From: a virus
IMG/VR virus record: IMGVR_UViG_3300024262_000020
Span: 1 to 64,000 of that record
Direction: 5' to 3' (one strand)
Length of the DNA stretch: 64,000 nucleotides
Position 1 is the first letter of the stretch, and each line of letters opens with the position of its first letter. The notes below the pieces were generated by a model that saw only the letters and a list, made by a program, of their open reading frames with translations, was not told the origin of the DNA and searched no databases. Below are positions 1-10,999 of this stretch, piece after piece. A program made the position numbers and the translations under genes.

Positions 1-227
1 TGTTTAAAGAATATTTAGATCCAAGAACGGTATTATCTGATAATATTAGTGGTTTTAAAACTTTTATAAATCGTAAAGAAATTAAGATAACAAATGATAA
101 TGTAGAAGATGTGACTACCGTTGAATATCGTTTATATAAGGATTCTAAGTTTTTCGGTAGATTGAGAGATGTGATAGGTGATTATGAATCGAAGGAACTT
201 ATAAATCGTTGGTTAGAACTTCTATAA
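1..227 (+). CDS. 3' end of a hypothetical protein (partial)
   Basis: Open frame from the window edge (FKEYLDPRTV...INRWLELL) ending TAA at 225-227. Confidence 0.6.
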   Translation, partial: FKEYLDPRTVLSDNISGFKTFINRKEIKITNDNVEDVTTVEYRLYKDSKFFGRLRDVIGDYESKELINRWLELL

Positions 228-294
228 AATAAAACAACATTTCATAAACATTTTTACTTATTTAGAATAAAACTAAATAAATTAATGTGTATGA

Positions 295-1101
295 ATGAAC
301 ATAATAATATTTAGTAAAGATAGAGCAAATCAGTTAGAATTATTTCTTAGATCCCTAAAGAAACATTTTAAAGAATTTAATGATTTAAATTTTAACATTT
401 TATATACATATTCAAATGATAAATTTAAACAAGGATATGATAAATTGTGTGCAATTCACAATGATCCAAATCTAATTTATATTAAGGAAACGAAGAGATT
501 TAAAGAGCATGTTTTAGAATTGTTAGATGAAGAAGAATTACATACTGTGTTTTTTGTTGATGATATGATATTTAAAAATGATTTTACATTAAAATCTAAA
601 CAATATCAACTTTTTACACTTAATAATGATATTTTGACATTATCGTTAAGATTACACAAAAATTTATCATATTGTTATCCTGCACGGATACATATGAAAC
701 CTCCCATTTTTGATTCAAATATGACTTTTCGTTGGAGAGGTCAATCAGGTGATTATGGATATCCAATGTCTCTTGATGGTCATTTTTTCCGTACTAAAGA
801 TATTTTACCCTTTTTTAAAGGATTACAATATAATAATCCTAATAGTTTAGAAAGTGTTATAGCCGCATATCCATTGAATCGTCCTCAAATGATTTGTTTT
901 GAAGAGTCTGTAGTATTGACAATTCCCGTTAACAAAGTTCAAAATTTTAATCAAAATGTACATGGTAACATATCTGCGGAATTTCTAAATGATAAATTCC
1001 TAAACAACTATATTATCGACTTAGAACCATATGAAGGTTTTAAAAATATTTCTTGTCACCAAGAAATGGAAATGAATTATATTAAATATGAGAAAGATTA
1101 A
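295..1101 (+). CDS. Glycosyltransferase-like protein (GT-A type)
   Basis: N-terminal IIFSKDR, FFVDD (DxD-like) motif; first gene of glycan cluster. Confidence 0.6.
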   Translation: MNIIIFSKDRANQLELFLRSLKKHFKEFNDLNFNILYTYSNDKFKQGYDKLCAIHNDPNLIYIKETKRFKEHVLELLDEEELHTVFFVDDMIFKNDFTLKSKQYQLFTLNNDILTLSLRLHKNLSYCYPARIHMKPPIFDSNMTFRWRGQSGDYGYPMSLDGHFFRTKDILPFFKGLQYNNPNSLESVIAAYPLNRPQMICFEESVVLTIPVNKVQNFNQNVHGNISAEFLNDKFLNNYIIDLEPYEGFKNISCHQEMEMNYIKYEKD

Positions 1102-1891
1102 AATAGTAGATAACATGTTTTCACATGCAAAGTATAGTACTGATTATCAGGAATCTAAAAATATTATTTGGGATAGAGGTGTGGTATCATCAAAAAGTGA
1201 GTTGGTGTTTTATACGGATTTTTCTTTACAAAATGTTACACCAAGAATAAAGACAAAGGTTGCTTGGCTATTAGAATCTCCAGATATTACACCACAAGCG
1301 TATAATTGGATATCTGATAATAATAAGCAATTTGACTATGTGTTAACTCATCAAAAAGATTTATTAGATAGAGGTGAAAATTTTGTTTTTTCACCAACAG
1401 GTGGATGTTGGATAAAGCCAGAAGATCAAAAAGTATATAAAAAAAGTAAATTAATTTCTATAATTGCATCAGCTAAACAAATGACTCACGGTCAAAGATT
1501 GAGACATTTAATTGTTGGAAAATATAGAAATAAGATGGATGTGTATGGTAGGGGTTATAGTCCAGTAGATTATAAATTAGATGCCTTAAAAGATTATATG
1601 TTCTCTGTAACTATTGAAAATACAAATAAGGATTATTATTTTAGTGAAAAATTGATTGATTGTTTTATGACAGGAACTGTTCCAATATATTTTGGTCCAC
1701 CATCAATTGGTAAATTTTTTAATGAGAAAGGTATGATATTATTTGAAGATGATTTTGATATAAGTAGTATTACAAAAGATATATATAATGAAAAATTGTC
1801 TTACATTAACGAGAATTTTGAGAAAGCAAAAGATTATATAATTGCTGAGGATTTTATTTATAAAAATTTAATAGAAAAGTATAGATTATGA
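1088..1891 (+). CDS. GT10-like alpha-1,3-fucosyltransferase family glycosyltransferase
   Basis: YMFSVTIENTNKDYYFSEKLIDCFMTGTVPIYFG matches the GT10 motif. Confidence 0.8.
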   Translation: MRKIKIVDNMFSHAKYSTDYQESKNIIWDRGVVSSKSELVFYTDFSLQNVTPRIKTKVAWLLESPDITPQAYNWISDNNKQFDYVLTHQKDLLDRGENFVFSPTGGCWIKPEDQKVYKKSKLISIIASAKQMTHGQRLRHLIVGKYRNKMDVYGRGYSPVDYKLDALKDYMFSVTIENTNKDYYFSEKLIDCFMTGTVPIYFGPPSIGKFFNEKGMILFEDDFDISSITKDIYNEKLSYINENFEKAKDYIIAEDFIYKNLIEKYRL

Positions 1892-2658
1892 GTGAATTTA
1901 AGAAATTAATGGTAAATGATATTAATAATGATGTTGAATGGAAAAATGCGGAAATAAATTTCAATAATCATTATTTAAAATCTAATAGAGAAGGAAATAA
2001 TATTCCTAAGATAATTCATCAAATTTGGTTGGGTGGTAAATTTCCTGATAAATATCAGGAGTTAACAAACACTTGGTTACAAAAAAATCCTGATTGGACA
2101 TGGCGATTGTGGACAGATGATGATGTTGAAAATTTTGGAATTAAAAACGTTAAACAATTTAATGATGCACCAAATTTAGGTATGAAATCTGATATTTTTA
2201 GATATGAGATATTATATAAATATGGTGGTTTATATATTGATACAGATTTTGAATGTATAAAATCATTTGATGATTTAACATATTTGGATTTTTTTACTGG
2301 TACTGGTCATTTAGGTGAACCTGAAATGTTTAATGGATTGATTGGTTGTCGACCAGAGCATAATATAATGAAGGCTCTAATAGATGGTATTTCAAAAATT
2401 GATACAAATATTAAAGATTTTAATAAAATTATGTATGCTACAGGACCTAAATATCTTTCAAAGATATTTTTTGATTATATTCAAAAAAATAAAGATGAAA
2501 AAATCGTACTATTTCCAACAAAATTTTTCTATTCTTTACCTGCTGTGATGAGATTTGCTGTTAGAAATGATATTAATGTAAGAAAAGATTTGGTTAATAA
2601 ACATTTAACACAAGAATCATATTGTGTGCATTTGTGGTACACAAGTTGGCAAAAATAA
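1888..2658 (+). CDS. GT32/OCH1-like glycosyltransferase
   Basis: IPKIIHQIW, SDIFRYEILYKYGGLYIDTD. Confidence 0.85.
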   Translation: MSEFKKLMVNDINNDVEWKNAEINFNNHYLKSNREGNNIPKIIHQIWLGGKFPDKYQELTNTWLQKNPDWTWRLWTDDDVENFGIKNVKQFNDAPNLGMKSDIFRYEILYKYGGLYIDTDFECIKSFDDLTYLDFFTGTGHLGEPEMFNGLIGCRPEHNIMKALIDGISKIDTNIKDFNKIMYATGPKYLSKIFFDYIQKNKDEKIVLFPTKFFYSLPAVMRFAVRNDINVRKDLVNKHLTQESYCVHLWYTSWQK

Positions 2659-2667
2659 ACTAGAACA

Positions 2668-3504
2668 ATGATAGATTTTATTACAGGAGAAAGGTTTTAT
2701 GATGTGGCAGATTTTATATATTCATCTAATAATATAGAGCATGGTCACGAAGATTATAATAAATTAAAAAATACATTTGATGTTGATAAGTTGCAAGATG
2801 TAAATATTGTTTATTTACACACAATGTATAAAGATCAGTTTTTTAGAAAAATAAGTAAACTAGATAACAAGTTTATTATTATAACACATAATAGTGATTT
2901 AAATATTGATGACATTAGTAATCTTCCTAAAAATGTTATAAGATGGTATGCTCAAAACGTAAATATAGTTGATGATAGAATTGAATCAATTCCTATAGGT
3001 TTAGAAAATGAGAAGTGGTTTAGCTATCTTAAAAAGAAACAAAATATTGAATTAAAACTTAAAGAAGAAAAGAATTTTAAAAATTTATTATATATCAACC
3101 ATAATATTAATACCAATAAAGAAGAACGAACCTTACCTTATAAATTATTATCAGGTAAACCATGGACAACTGCACAAATGGGTGTTAATGGTCAGCAATT
3201 TTTTATGTATCTTGATAACATATATAATCACAAATTTGTGATTTCACCAAGAGGAAACGGTATCGATACACATCGAAAATGGGAGGCACTTTATTTAAAT
3301 ACAATACCAATAGAAAAACGAAGTATTAATAATTCATTCTATAAAGATTTACCTATCTGTTTTGTTAATAATTGGAGTGATATTACAGAACAATTTTTAA
3401 ATATTGAGTATGAACGAATAACTAATACTGAATGGAATTTAGATAAATTAAAAATGAGTTATTGGAAAGAAAAAATATTAAATTTTAAAGATGAAAATAA
3501 ATAA
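2668..3504 (+). CDS. Exostosin (GT47)-like glycosyltransferase
   Basis: FVISPRGNGIDTHRKWEALYLNTIPI. Confidence 0.7.
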   Translation: MIDFITGERFYDVADFIYSSNNIEHGHEDYNKLKNTFDVDKLQDVNIVYLHTMYKDQFFRKISKLDNKFIIITHNSDLNIDDISNLPKNVIRWYAQNVNIVDDRIESIPIGLENEKWFSYLKKKQNIELKLKEEKNFKNLLYINHNINTNKEERTLPYKLLSGKPWTTAQMGVNGQQFFMYLDNIYNHKFVISPRGNGIDTHRKWEALYLNTIPIEKRSINNSFYKDLPICFVNNWSDITEQFLNIEYERITNTEWNLDKLKMSYWKEKILNFKDENK

Positions 3505-4183
3505 TGTAGATAAAATATTTGTTATCCATCATAAACCTTTGGTCGATAGAAAATTAAGATTGCAATATATTTTCGATCAATTAGATTTAGATGTCGAATG
3601 GGTTGAGAAATATTTACCTGAAGATATTAATTATGAAGAAGAAGTAGGTAATCCAATTATTGAAAAGGGACCTGAATTTGCCATACAACAGAATAAATAT
3701 GTTTATTATGAAAATGTTGGTAAAAAGATTACGATGTCTGAATTGTCACTTTATTTGAAGCATAAAGAGTGTTTATTAGAACAAATAAAACATAATTATG
3801 AGAATATTATTGTTTTTGAAGATGATGTTAATTTGGATTTAAATCTTGTTAATTATCTTAATAATAATATGGATGAGTTTCACAAAAATGTTGAGAATAA
3901 TGATGCAAATTTTCTTATGTTAGGTACTGCATTTGGATTTAGACCAGTTAGTTATAATGGAAAATTCATACATTATAATGAAAATCAACTTACAAGGTGT
4001 GCTCACGCATATGTTGTAAATATTAATTGTGCTCATAAAATAGTGGATAGATTATATCCAATCAATTTACCTTGGGATTTTAAATTAAATGAAATAATGA
4101 TTTTGGATAAATTGAATGTATATTGGTCTGAACCAGGATTAACTCAATTTTCATTAACTCAAGGTACTACTGTTAAAAAATAA
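3491..4183 (+). CDS. GT25 family glycosyltransferase
   Basis: KIFVIH..DRK, ELSLYLKH, IIVFEDD, CAHAYVV. Confidence 0.8.
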   Translation: MKINNVDKIFVIHHKPLVDRKLRLQYIFDQLDLDVEWVEKYLPEDINYEEEVGNPIIEKGPEFAIQQNKYVYYENVGKKITMSELSLYLKHKECLLEQIKHNYENIIVFEDDVNLDLNLVNYLNNNMDEFHKNVENNDANFLMLGTAFGFRPVSYNGKFIHYNENQLTRCAHAYVVNINCAHKIVDRLYPINLPWDFKLNEIMILDKLNVYWSEPGLTQFSLTQGTTVKK

Positions 4184-4192
4184 TTTTTAGAT

Positions 4193-4516
4193 ATGAATTT
4201 AAAAAACAAATGCTTAGAATATTTTAATTTGTTTTCTGATAAAGACTTAAATGCTATTGTTGGTATGTTTGATACCAAAATATCATTAATAGATTGGAAT
4301 GTTAAAGTAGAAGGACTGAAAAATGTTGAAAGTGCAATTGATGATATTTTCAATAGTGTTGAGGGTATAACTATTGTGCCTAAATCCTTTTATCAAGAAG
4401 GTGATACTGTTTGTTGTCAGATAGATATTTTTGTTGATGGTGATGTCATTGACGTTATTGATATTATAACATTTAATGATGGTAAAATTCAAAATATAAA
4501 AGCATATAAATGTTAG
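4193..4516 (+). CDS. SnoaL/NTF2-like protein
   Basis: 107 aa, YFNLFSDKDL...VIDIITFNDGKIQNIKAY pattern. Confidence 0.7.
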   Translation: MNLKNKCLEYFNLFSDKDLNAIVGMFDTKISLIDWNVKVEGLKNVESAIDDIFNSVEGITIVPKSFYQEGDTVCCQIDIFVDGDVIDVIDIITFNDGKIQNIKAYKC

Positions 4517-5196
4517 ATAAAAAAATTGCATTATGTCTGAAGGGTGTTCATTATATACCTAATAGAATAGATTTTAAAAATTCAAATATTAAGGATACTA
4601 TAATTTATGGTAATAATGTTGATGTGTTTATTTATAGTTATGATACTGATAGACGTGAGGAACTTATAAGTTTTTATAATCCAAAAGAATATCACTTTGT
4701 TGATAATACTCCGATTTTCAAAGAGTTTGTTGACACTAAGAATAATAGACAGGTTGGAAATTTAAAAACTACTAATGGTGTGTTAAAGATGATAGATCCA
4801 GATAAGTATGATTTTGTTGTTTTGACGAGATTTGACATAATATTTAAAAAACGTATATTTGATTTTAATGTTGATTTAGACAAAATAAACATTTGTTTCA
4901 AAGATATAAAAACTGAATGGGATAGTTTTATGAAGGTTGGTGATAATCTATTTATAATACCAACAAAAATGTTAAATTTCTTCATACAAAGTATTGATGA
5001 ATTGATTGTAGGATCTCAAAATTTAAATGAAAAAATATGGGGCAAATCTGTTTTACATTGTATTTTAATGAAATTAACAAATTATATAACCATTGATGAT
5101 ATCAATTTTATGGTTGATGGGTATTTTTCTTCAAATACTCGGCATTTTGAAAATCCGATATTCACATTAACTGGTGATAGAATATTAGAAAAATAA
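4510..5196 (+). CDS. Hypothetical glycan-cluster protein (putative glycosyltransferase-like)
   Basis: KIALCLKG, YDFVVLTRFD motifs; context. Confidence 0.45.
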   Translation: MLDKKIALCLKGVHYIPNRIDFKNSNIKDTIIYGNNVDVFIYSYDTDRREELISFYNPKEYHFVDNTPIFKEFVDTKNNRQVGNLKTTNGVLKMIDPDKYDFVVLTRFDIIFKKRIFDFNVDLDKINICFKDIKTEWDSFMKVGDNLFIIPTKMLNFFIQSIDELIVGSQNLNEKIWGKSVLHCILMKLTNYITIDDINFMVDGYFSSNTRHFENPIFTLTGDRILEK

Positions 5197-5204
5197 AAAT
5201 TATT

Positions 5205-6077
5205 ATGAAGTTTAAAGTTGTTAGTAATTATAATTCAGATATAAACATGTTCAAAATTACTAAGGATATTTGGTATGATTTTTCTGATGTTGAACTTACA
5301 TATGTAAATGATTATGATGTGTTGATAATATTTAATAAATATAATTCAACATTAATAAAACCTAATACAAAGGTTTTTGGATTTATACAGGAACCATCTT
5401 GGTCAGGGTTTTATGATAAAAATCTACCTAAATATTGTGATTATGTTTTTTATCATAAACCTGAAAATTTTCAAGAAAAAAATGTTATTTTTTCTCCTTC
5501 TGTTATGTTGCATCATTTATGGGATAAACCTCAAAAAGGTGAAATACAATGGAAAGAAAATAATACACAAAATATAATCAATTCTAATTTTGAAAAAACA
5601 AGAAAATTATCTATCATAATATCAAATAGAGAGGGTGAAGAACAATATATTCCTAGACAGAATTTGGTTAAAAGAATGCTCAATAGTGATATTGATTTTG
5701 ATATGTATGGATTGGGATGGAATACAAGAGGTTGGGATTTAAAAGATCCTAGGTACAAAGGTTATTTATCAAATAAATTAGATGGGTTATCTAAGTATGA
5801 GTATTCAATTTGTATGGAAAATACAAGAGAGAATGGTTATATAACTGAAAAATTTAATGATGCTATATTAAGTGGAACTATACCATTATATTATGGTGCA
5901 CCAGATGTAGATAAACATTATCCAAACAGTTCAGAATTTTTGGATATTAATAGTGAGAATGTTATACAAGTTTTGAAAGATATATTAAATAGTGATAAAA
6001 AATATGATATTCGAAGTTCAAAGGAAAAATATCTAATTGATTATAATCCTTTTAATATAATTAAAAAATATGTATGA
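5205..6077 (+). CDS. GT10-like fucosyltransferase family glycosyltransferase
   Basis: YEYSICMENTRENGYITEKFNDAILSGTIPLYYGAP. Confidence 0.8.
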   Translation: MKFKVVSNYNSDINMFKITKDIWYDFSDVELTYVNDYDVLIIFNKYNSTLIKPNTKVFGFIQEPSWSGFYDKNLPKYCDYVFYHKPENFQEKNVIFSPSVMLHHLWDKPQKGEIQWKENNTQNIINSNFEKTRKLSIIISNREGEEQYIPRQNLVKRMLNSDIDFDMYGLGWNTRGWDLKDPRYKGYLSNKLDGLSKYEYSICMENTRENGYITEKFNDAILSGTIPLYYGAPDVDKHYPNSSEFLDINSENVIQVLKDILNSDKKYDIRSSKEKYLIDYNPFNIIKKYV

Positions 6078-6988
6078 TAGATAAAATAGGAAATAGTTAC
6101 ATTTTTTATAATAAGAATCATGATATAAGTATTAGAGAATATTACTTATATAATGTGAATTTGATTAAGAACGTATTAAAAGAATTAGATTGCTCAATTA
6201 ATATTGTATTAGGTGGTTATCATACAAATTTTAATAACAATAATAAAACATACCGAATTGATATACAATTTGAACATACTCTTGTTAAAGAGGGTGGTAG
6301 AAGTGTTACAGACATTATTCGTGGTGATATTTTTGTACCTAATTCTGATGATAAATATTTAATAAGAATTGATAAATATGATTATTATAGATCATTAGAT
6401 TTGGTGATAGAATATAGCGAACCAAATATTAAAAATATAAGTACATCACCACAATTTGAACAATACATTGAGAACGTTATTTATATTGCACCTTTCATAT
6501 ATAAGCCTGAATTTCCTGAAAATAGACAAAATGATAGTATAACATTAATCGGTGATATAAATCAAGAACGAAGAAAGATGTTTCTTAATAATATTAAGAA
6601 TACTGATTTGAATTTCAAAAATATACGAGACGTTTTTGATAAAACCGAATTACAAAAAATCTATCAGAATACTAAAGTTCTAATAAATATTCATCAAACT
6701 GATCATCATCACACCTTTGAGGAATTGAGAGTTTTACCTGCTTTACTTTGTGGAACGATTATACTAAGTGAAGATGTACCATTGAAAGAACATATTCCAT
6801 ATTCCGAATTTATTGTGTGGTCAGACTATAGTGGTATAATATATAATTTAAGAAAAATTATCAATAATTATGATGAGTATTTTAATGTGTTTAAAAAGAG
6901 TGAAACTTTTGATAAATTTTTAAAGATAGAGCAAGATAATTACGATAATATGAAAAAAGCAATTACTAAATTATGGAAAAAACATTAA
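6074..6988 (+). CDS. Putative glycosyltransferase (GT-B, CgeB-like C-terminus)
   Basis: KVLINIHQ...FEELRVLPALLCGTIILSE. Confidence 0.55.
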   Translation: MIDKIGNSYIFYNKNHDISIREYYLYNVNLIKNVLKELDCSINIVLGGYHTNFNNNNKTYRIDIQFEHTLVKEGGRSVTDIIRGDIFVPNSDDKYLIRIDKYDYYRSLDLVIEYSEPNIKNISTSPQFEQYIENVIYIAPFIYKPEFPENRQNDSITLIGDINQERRKMFLNNIKNTDLNFKNIRDVFDKTELQKIYQNTKVLINIHQTDHHHTFEELRVLPALLCGTIILSEDVPLKEHIPYSEFIVWSDYSGIIYNLRKIINNYDEYFNVFKKSETFDKFLKIEQDNYDNMKKAITKLWKKH

Positions 6989-7584
6989 CAGAAATATTTA
7001 ATGAAGAAGGTGGAGACAAAGGGAATTATTTTTGTCACGTTGGAACAGATGTCAATATTTCTCACAATTATACAGCAGTTTATGAGAAATATTTTGAGCC
7101 TTATAGAAAAGAAGAATTAAATTTTTTAGAAATAGGTATTTGGTGTGAATATTTTCCTGGCGCATCTATACGAGCATGGAATAGATATTTTGAAAATTGT
7201 AATTATTTTGGAATTGATATTGTAGATTGTACAAATCAAAATACAGATAAAATAACCAATTTCGTTGTTGACCAGAAGAATGAACAACAATTACAAGAAT
7301 TAATAACAAAAATACCTAAATTAAAATTTATTATTGATGATGGTTGCCATCAAGAAGATGCAATAATAAAATCCCTTGGAAATTTATTTCCACATTTAGA
7401 AAGTGGTGGGATTTATTTCATTGAAGATTTACATGTTGTAAATAAAACTGATTTATATAAATTAGTTAATAAGAGATTTGAGAGTAGATATTTGAGTCAA
7501 GATAAAATAGATTATATAAATAATAATATAGATGTGTGTGTTTTTGAAAGTAATGATAAAATGTGCATTATAAAAAAGAAGTAA
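6973..7584 (+). CDS. SAM-dependent (sugar O-)methyltransferase
   Basis: FLEIG, GIDI, FIIDDGCH, GGIYFIED motifs. Confidence 0.8.
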   Translation: MEKTLTEIFNEEGGDKGNYFCHVGTDVNISHNYTAVYEKYFEPYRKEELNFLEIGIWCEYFPGASIRAWNRYFENCNYFGIDIVDCTNQNTDKITNFVVDQKNEQQLQELITKIPKLKFIIDDGCHQEDAIIKSLGNLFPHLESGGIYFIEDLHVVNKTDLYKLVNKRFESRYLSQDKIDYINNNIDVCVFESNDKMCIIKKK

Positions 7585-7588
7585 AATT

Positions 7589-8332
7589 ATGAAAATAGCA
7601 TTTGTGATCACAAATAAATATTTCAGAGGAAAACCAAATACAATAACATATTATGTGAGTAATATAAGAAAATTGTATGGTGATGATGCGACTATCATAA
7701 TTGTGGATAATAATTCAACATATTTGTCTGATATTGACGAGGAATTAAAGAAACATGGTTCTATCATTATAACTAATGATATTGAATCAAAATTTGAATT
7801 AGGTGGTTATCAAGTTGGTTGTAGATATCTGATTGAAAATAATCTGGTAGATAAACACGATTATTATGTGTTCACACAAGATACTATGGTAATTAAGAAT
7901 AAATATGATTTTGATGAGTTGAAGAAAAAGAATGTTAAGGCTTGTACTATTTTTACTTATAGACAAGATATTACTGAATGGAAAGTTCATTTAAGAATAT
8001 TTAATCAAGTTTTGGATAATTTGGAGTTAAATAATAGAATCAATGAAACAACTTTTTGTTGGGCAAATAGTTTTATTGTTGGATCAGAAAAGATTGGACA
8101 ATTATATGGGTATCTTCAGAAAATAGTTATGAGAACCAAGGATGATAGTCAAACAGCCGAAAGATTTTTAGCAAGAATCCTTTTTGAATTGAATGAACAT
8201 AAAAATTATGATATTGATGGTGATATAAGACAACAGAAATATGATTGTCATTCTGTAAACATTTATGATGATTGTGAACATTATTTTGTGAAAAGAATAA
8301 GAAATACGAATGAGCAAACCAGAGATAAATAA
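7589..8332 (+). CDS. GT2-like glycosyltransferase
   Basis: IIIVDNNS, YVFTQD. Confidence 0.6.
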   Translation: MKIAFVITNKYFRGKPNTITYYVSNIRKLYGDDATIIIVDNNSTYLSDIDEELKKHGSIIITNDIESKFELGGYQVGCRYLIENNLVDKHDYYVFTQDTMVIKNKYDFDELKKKNVKACTIFTYRQDITEWKVHLRIFNQVLDNLELNNRINETTFCWANSFIVGSEKIGQLYGYLQKIVMRTKDDSQTAERFLARILFELNEHKNYDIDGDIRQQKYDCHSVNIYDDCEHYFVKRIRNTNEQTRDK

Positions 8333-9056
8333 ATATAATATTGGAATAACTACATATAGTTTTAGGTTTGATAAATTTTTGGTGCCTTTGATAAAAAGTA
8401 TTAAAGAATTTAAACCTGACTCAAATATTATTTTGGCTATAAACGGTAACTATAATGTAGATTTTGATGAAAATTATAGAAGTAGAATTTTGGAATTTAT
8501 ATCTAAGTATTCAAATATTTATCCTATTATGTTTATGGAATTTCGTTCTTTATCAAAATTGTGGAACTCAATTTTAGTCAATTCTGACACTAATCTAAAT
8601 CTTATTTTAAATGATGATATTACATTAACTTCCGATTTTTGGAAATTTATTGATAAAAATACTAATATTGGTTCATTTAAAATGAATTCTTGGAGTGCAG
8701 TATTTTTAGATAGAAACGAAGTTGAAACTGTTGGATGGTTTGATGAAAGATTTTTGGGTATTGGTGAAGAAGATGGTGATTTTGAGTTTAGATATATGAA
8801 ACATTACAAACGTAAATTTGAAAATATTTACGCACCTGGTTTTGAAAATCATATAGATCCTGAAAATATCTTAATTGGTTCTAAAAAAGTTAATTCAAAA
8901 TACAGCAGATTTAATTATGAGTTCTGTTGTAAGAAATATGATATTCCTATTGGTGAAGATGGTGGACCAACATATAGAAAGTTGGACACTAAATTACCAT
9001 TAGAAAAATTATATCCAGTTGAAAGATTCTACTGGGAAAATAAAAATAATTTGTAA
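8310..9056 (+). CDS. GT2 family glycosyltransferase
   Basis: LILNDD, VGWFDERFLGIGEEDGDF. Confidence 0.75.
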   Translation: MSKPEINKYNIGITTYSFRFDKFLVPLIKSIKEFKPDSNIILAINGNYNVDFDENYRSRILEFISKYSNIYPIMFMEFRSLSKLWNSILVNSDTNLNLILNDDITLTSDFWKFIDKNTNIGSFKMNSWSAVFLDRNEVETVGWFDERFLGIGEEDGDFEFRYMKHYKRKFENIYAPGFENHIDPENILIGSKKVNSKYSRFNYEFCCKKYDIPIGEDGGPTYRKLDTKLPLEKLYPVERFYWENKNNL

Positions 9057-10961
9057 ATGAAAGTTGTATATAAACCTTGGGGAAAAGAAGAATGGTTAGA
9101 ATTAAATGATAGATATTGTTATAAAAGAATTTATATAAATTCATCACACAGAACAAGTTATCAATATCATGAACATAAATTAGAGACAAATTACATTGTT
9201 TCTGGAACCGCAGAAATTTGGTTAGAAAATGATGAAGGTGTGATTGATAAAACTATAATGAAGGCTGGTGATTTTTTTACGGTTAAACCACCAAGAAAAC
9301 ATAGAGTTATAGCAATAACAGATATTGTATTACAAGAAGTTTCAACACCTGAAGTAGATGATGTTATTAGAATATCTGATGATGCCAATAGAAAAGATGG
9401 TAAATTAGAACGAGAGCATAAGATACCAGCATTATGTATAGTGGCGGCAGGCTTAGGTACAAGAATGGGTAATTATTCAAAGATTATAAATAAAGGATTA
9501 CTACCAATTAATAATGAAGCTGTTATATCAAATATTATAAATAAAACACCAAAAGAATATGATATAGTTGTTGCGGTAGGTTATAAATCTGAACTTATAA
9601 AAGAGTATTGTTCAGCAGCGCATTCAGATAGAAATATTACTTTTGTTGATGTTCAGGATTATGATGGTGAATTTAGTGGACCAGGAACAAGCTTGTTAGC
9701 TTGTAAAGAACATTTACAACGACCTTTCTATTTTATCACATCAGATTGTTATATAAATGGTGAATTGCCTGAATTGGATAATAATTGGTTAGGTGTATAT
9801 CAAACAAGTTTACCAGAAAAATATTCAACAGTTGATGTTGATAGAAATCATAATATTATAAATTTTAAAAATAAATCTATTGATGGGTATGGGTTAGCAT
9901 TTGTTGGATTATGTTCAATATTAGAGTATGATATTTTTTGGAAAGAACTACAAAAAAATATAGGTAATAGTGGTGAGATGGTGTCGGCATTTTATGATAT
10001 TAAGGAATATAATAATTTCACAATTAAAGAATTAGATTGGTATGATATTGGAACTATTGATAATTATCTAAAAGCTAAGAAAATTTTCGATAAAGAAATT
10101 TATGGTATACCGAAAGTTAACGGTCAATTTGTATATAGAATCAATGGTAAATTTATTAAACTATTTAGTCAAGAGACAGTTGAAAAGAAGATTTATCGAA
10201 CAACTATTATATCTGAATTAATACCAAAAATTATATTTTCTGGTGAACATACATTTTCATATGAATGGTTTGATGGTAAACCATTATATAATACTGGAAT
10301 TGATATATGGAAGAAATTTTTAGAATGGTCAAAAGAAAATTTATGGTTAGTAGAACAATATAATTTGCGTGATGATTGTATTAAATTTTATAAGGATAAA
10401 ACAATTAAGAGATATGAAAGTTTTAAAAATAATAAAACAGATGATTATTTTCATAGTCAGTATATTATTAATAATGTAGTGTGTGAAAATTTGATAGACT
10501 CGTTAGAATATGATGATATCTTTGATGGATTTCCAACAAAATTATATCATGGGGATTTGCAGTTTGATAATGTTTTATATAATGAATATTATGATAATTT
10601 TTGTTTGATTGATTGGAGAGAAAGTTTTGGAGATTCTAATGATTATGGTGATGTTTATTATGATTTGGCAAAAATGTATGGTGGTATTATTATGTCGTAC
10701 AGTTTAATGAAAGATCAGAATAATTATACTTTTAGTAAAGAAGGAAATTATATCACATACGCATATAAGGTTGATAGTAAATTAGAAGAATTTAAAAAAT
10801 ATTATGAAAAATGGATTATAACTAATGGATATGATTTAGTTAAAATTAAAAAAATAACAGCCATAATCTATATGAATATGGCTCCATTACATAGTGATAA
10901 TTTTGATGATTTACTATATTTTCATTCTTTAAAGATGTTAAATGAAATAAAAATAAAATAA
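9057..10961 (+). CDS. Cupin + sugar-phosphate nucleotidyltransferase + APH/choline-kinase-like fusion
   Basis: KPWGKE...H..K.ET cupin; AAGLGTRM..NKGLLP NTP transferase; HGDLQFDN..IDWR..D.YYDLAK kinase. Confidence 0.8.
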   Translation: MKVVYKPWGKEEWLELNDRYCYKRIYINSSHRTSYQYHEHKLETNYIVSGTAEIWLENDEGVIDKTIMKAGDFFTVKPPRKHRVIAITDIVLQEVSTPEVDDVIRISDDANRKDGKLEREHKIPALCIVAAGLGTRMGNYSKIINKGLLPINNEAVISNIINKTPKEYDIVVAVGYKSELIKEYCSAAHSDRNITFVDVQDYDGEFSGPGTSLLACKEHLQRPFYFITSDCYINGELPELDNNWLGVYQTSLPEKYSTVDVDRNHNIINFKNKSIDGYGLAFVGLCSILEYDIFWKELQKNIGNSGEMVSAFYDIKEYNNFTIKELDWYDIGTIDNYLKAKKIFDKEIYGIPKVNGQFVYRINGKFIKLFSQETVEKKIYRTTIISELIPKIIFSGEHTFSYEWFDGKPLYNTGIDIWKKFLEWSKENLWLVEQYNLRDDCIKFYKDKTIKRYESFKNNKTDDYFHSQYIINNVVCENLIDSLEYDDIFDGFPTKLYHGDLQFDNVLYNEYYDNFCLIDWRESFGDSNDYGDVYYDLAKMYGGIIMSYSLMKDQNNYTFSKEGNYITYAYKVDSKLEEFKKYYEKWIITNGYDLVKIKKITAIIYMNMAPLHSDNFDDLLYFHSLKMLNEIKIK

Positions 10962-10999
10962 AAATATGTTAAGAAAAATAAAAAATGTAAAAATACATC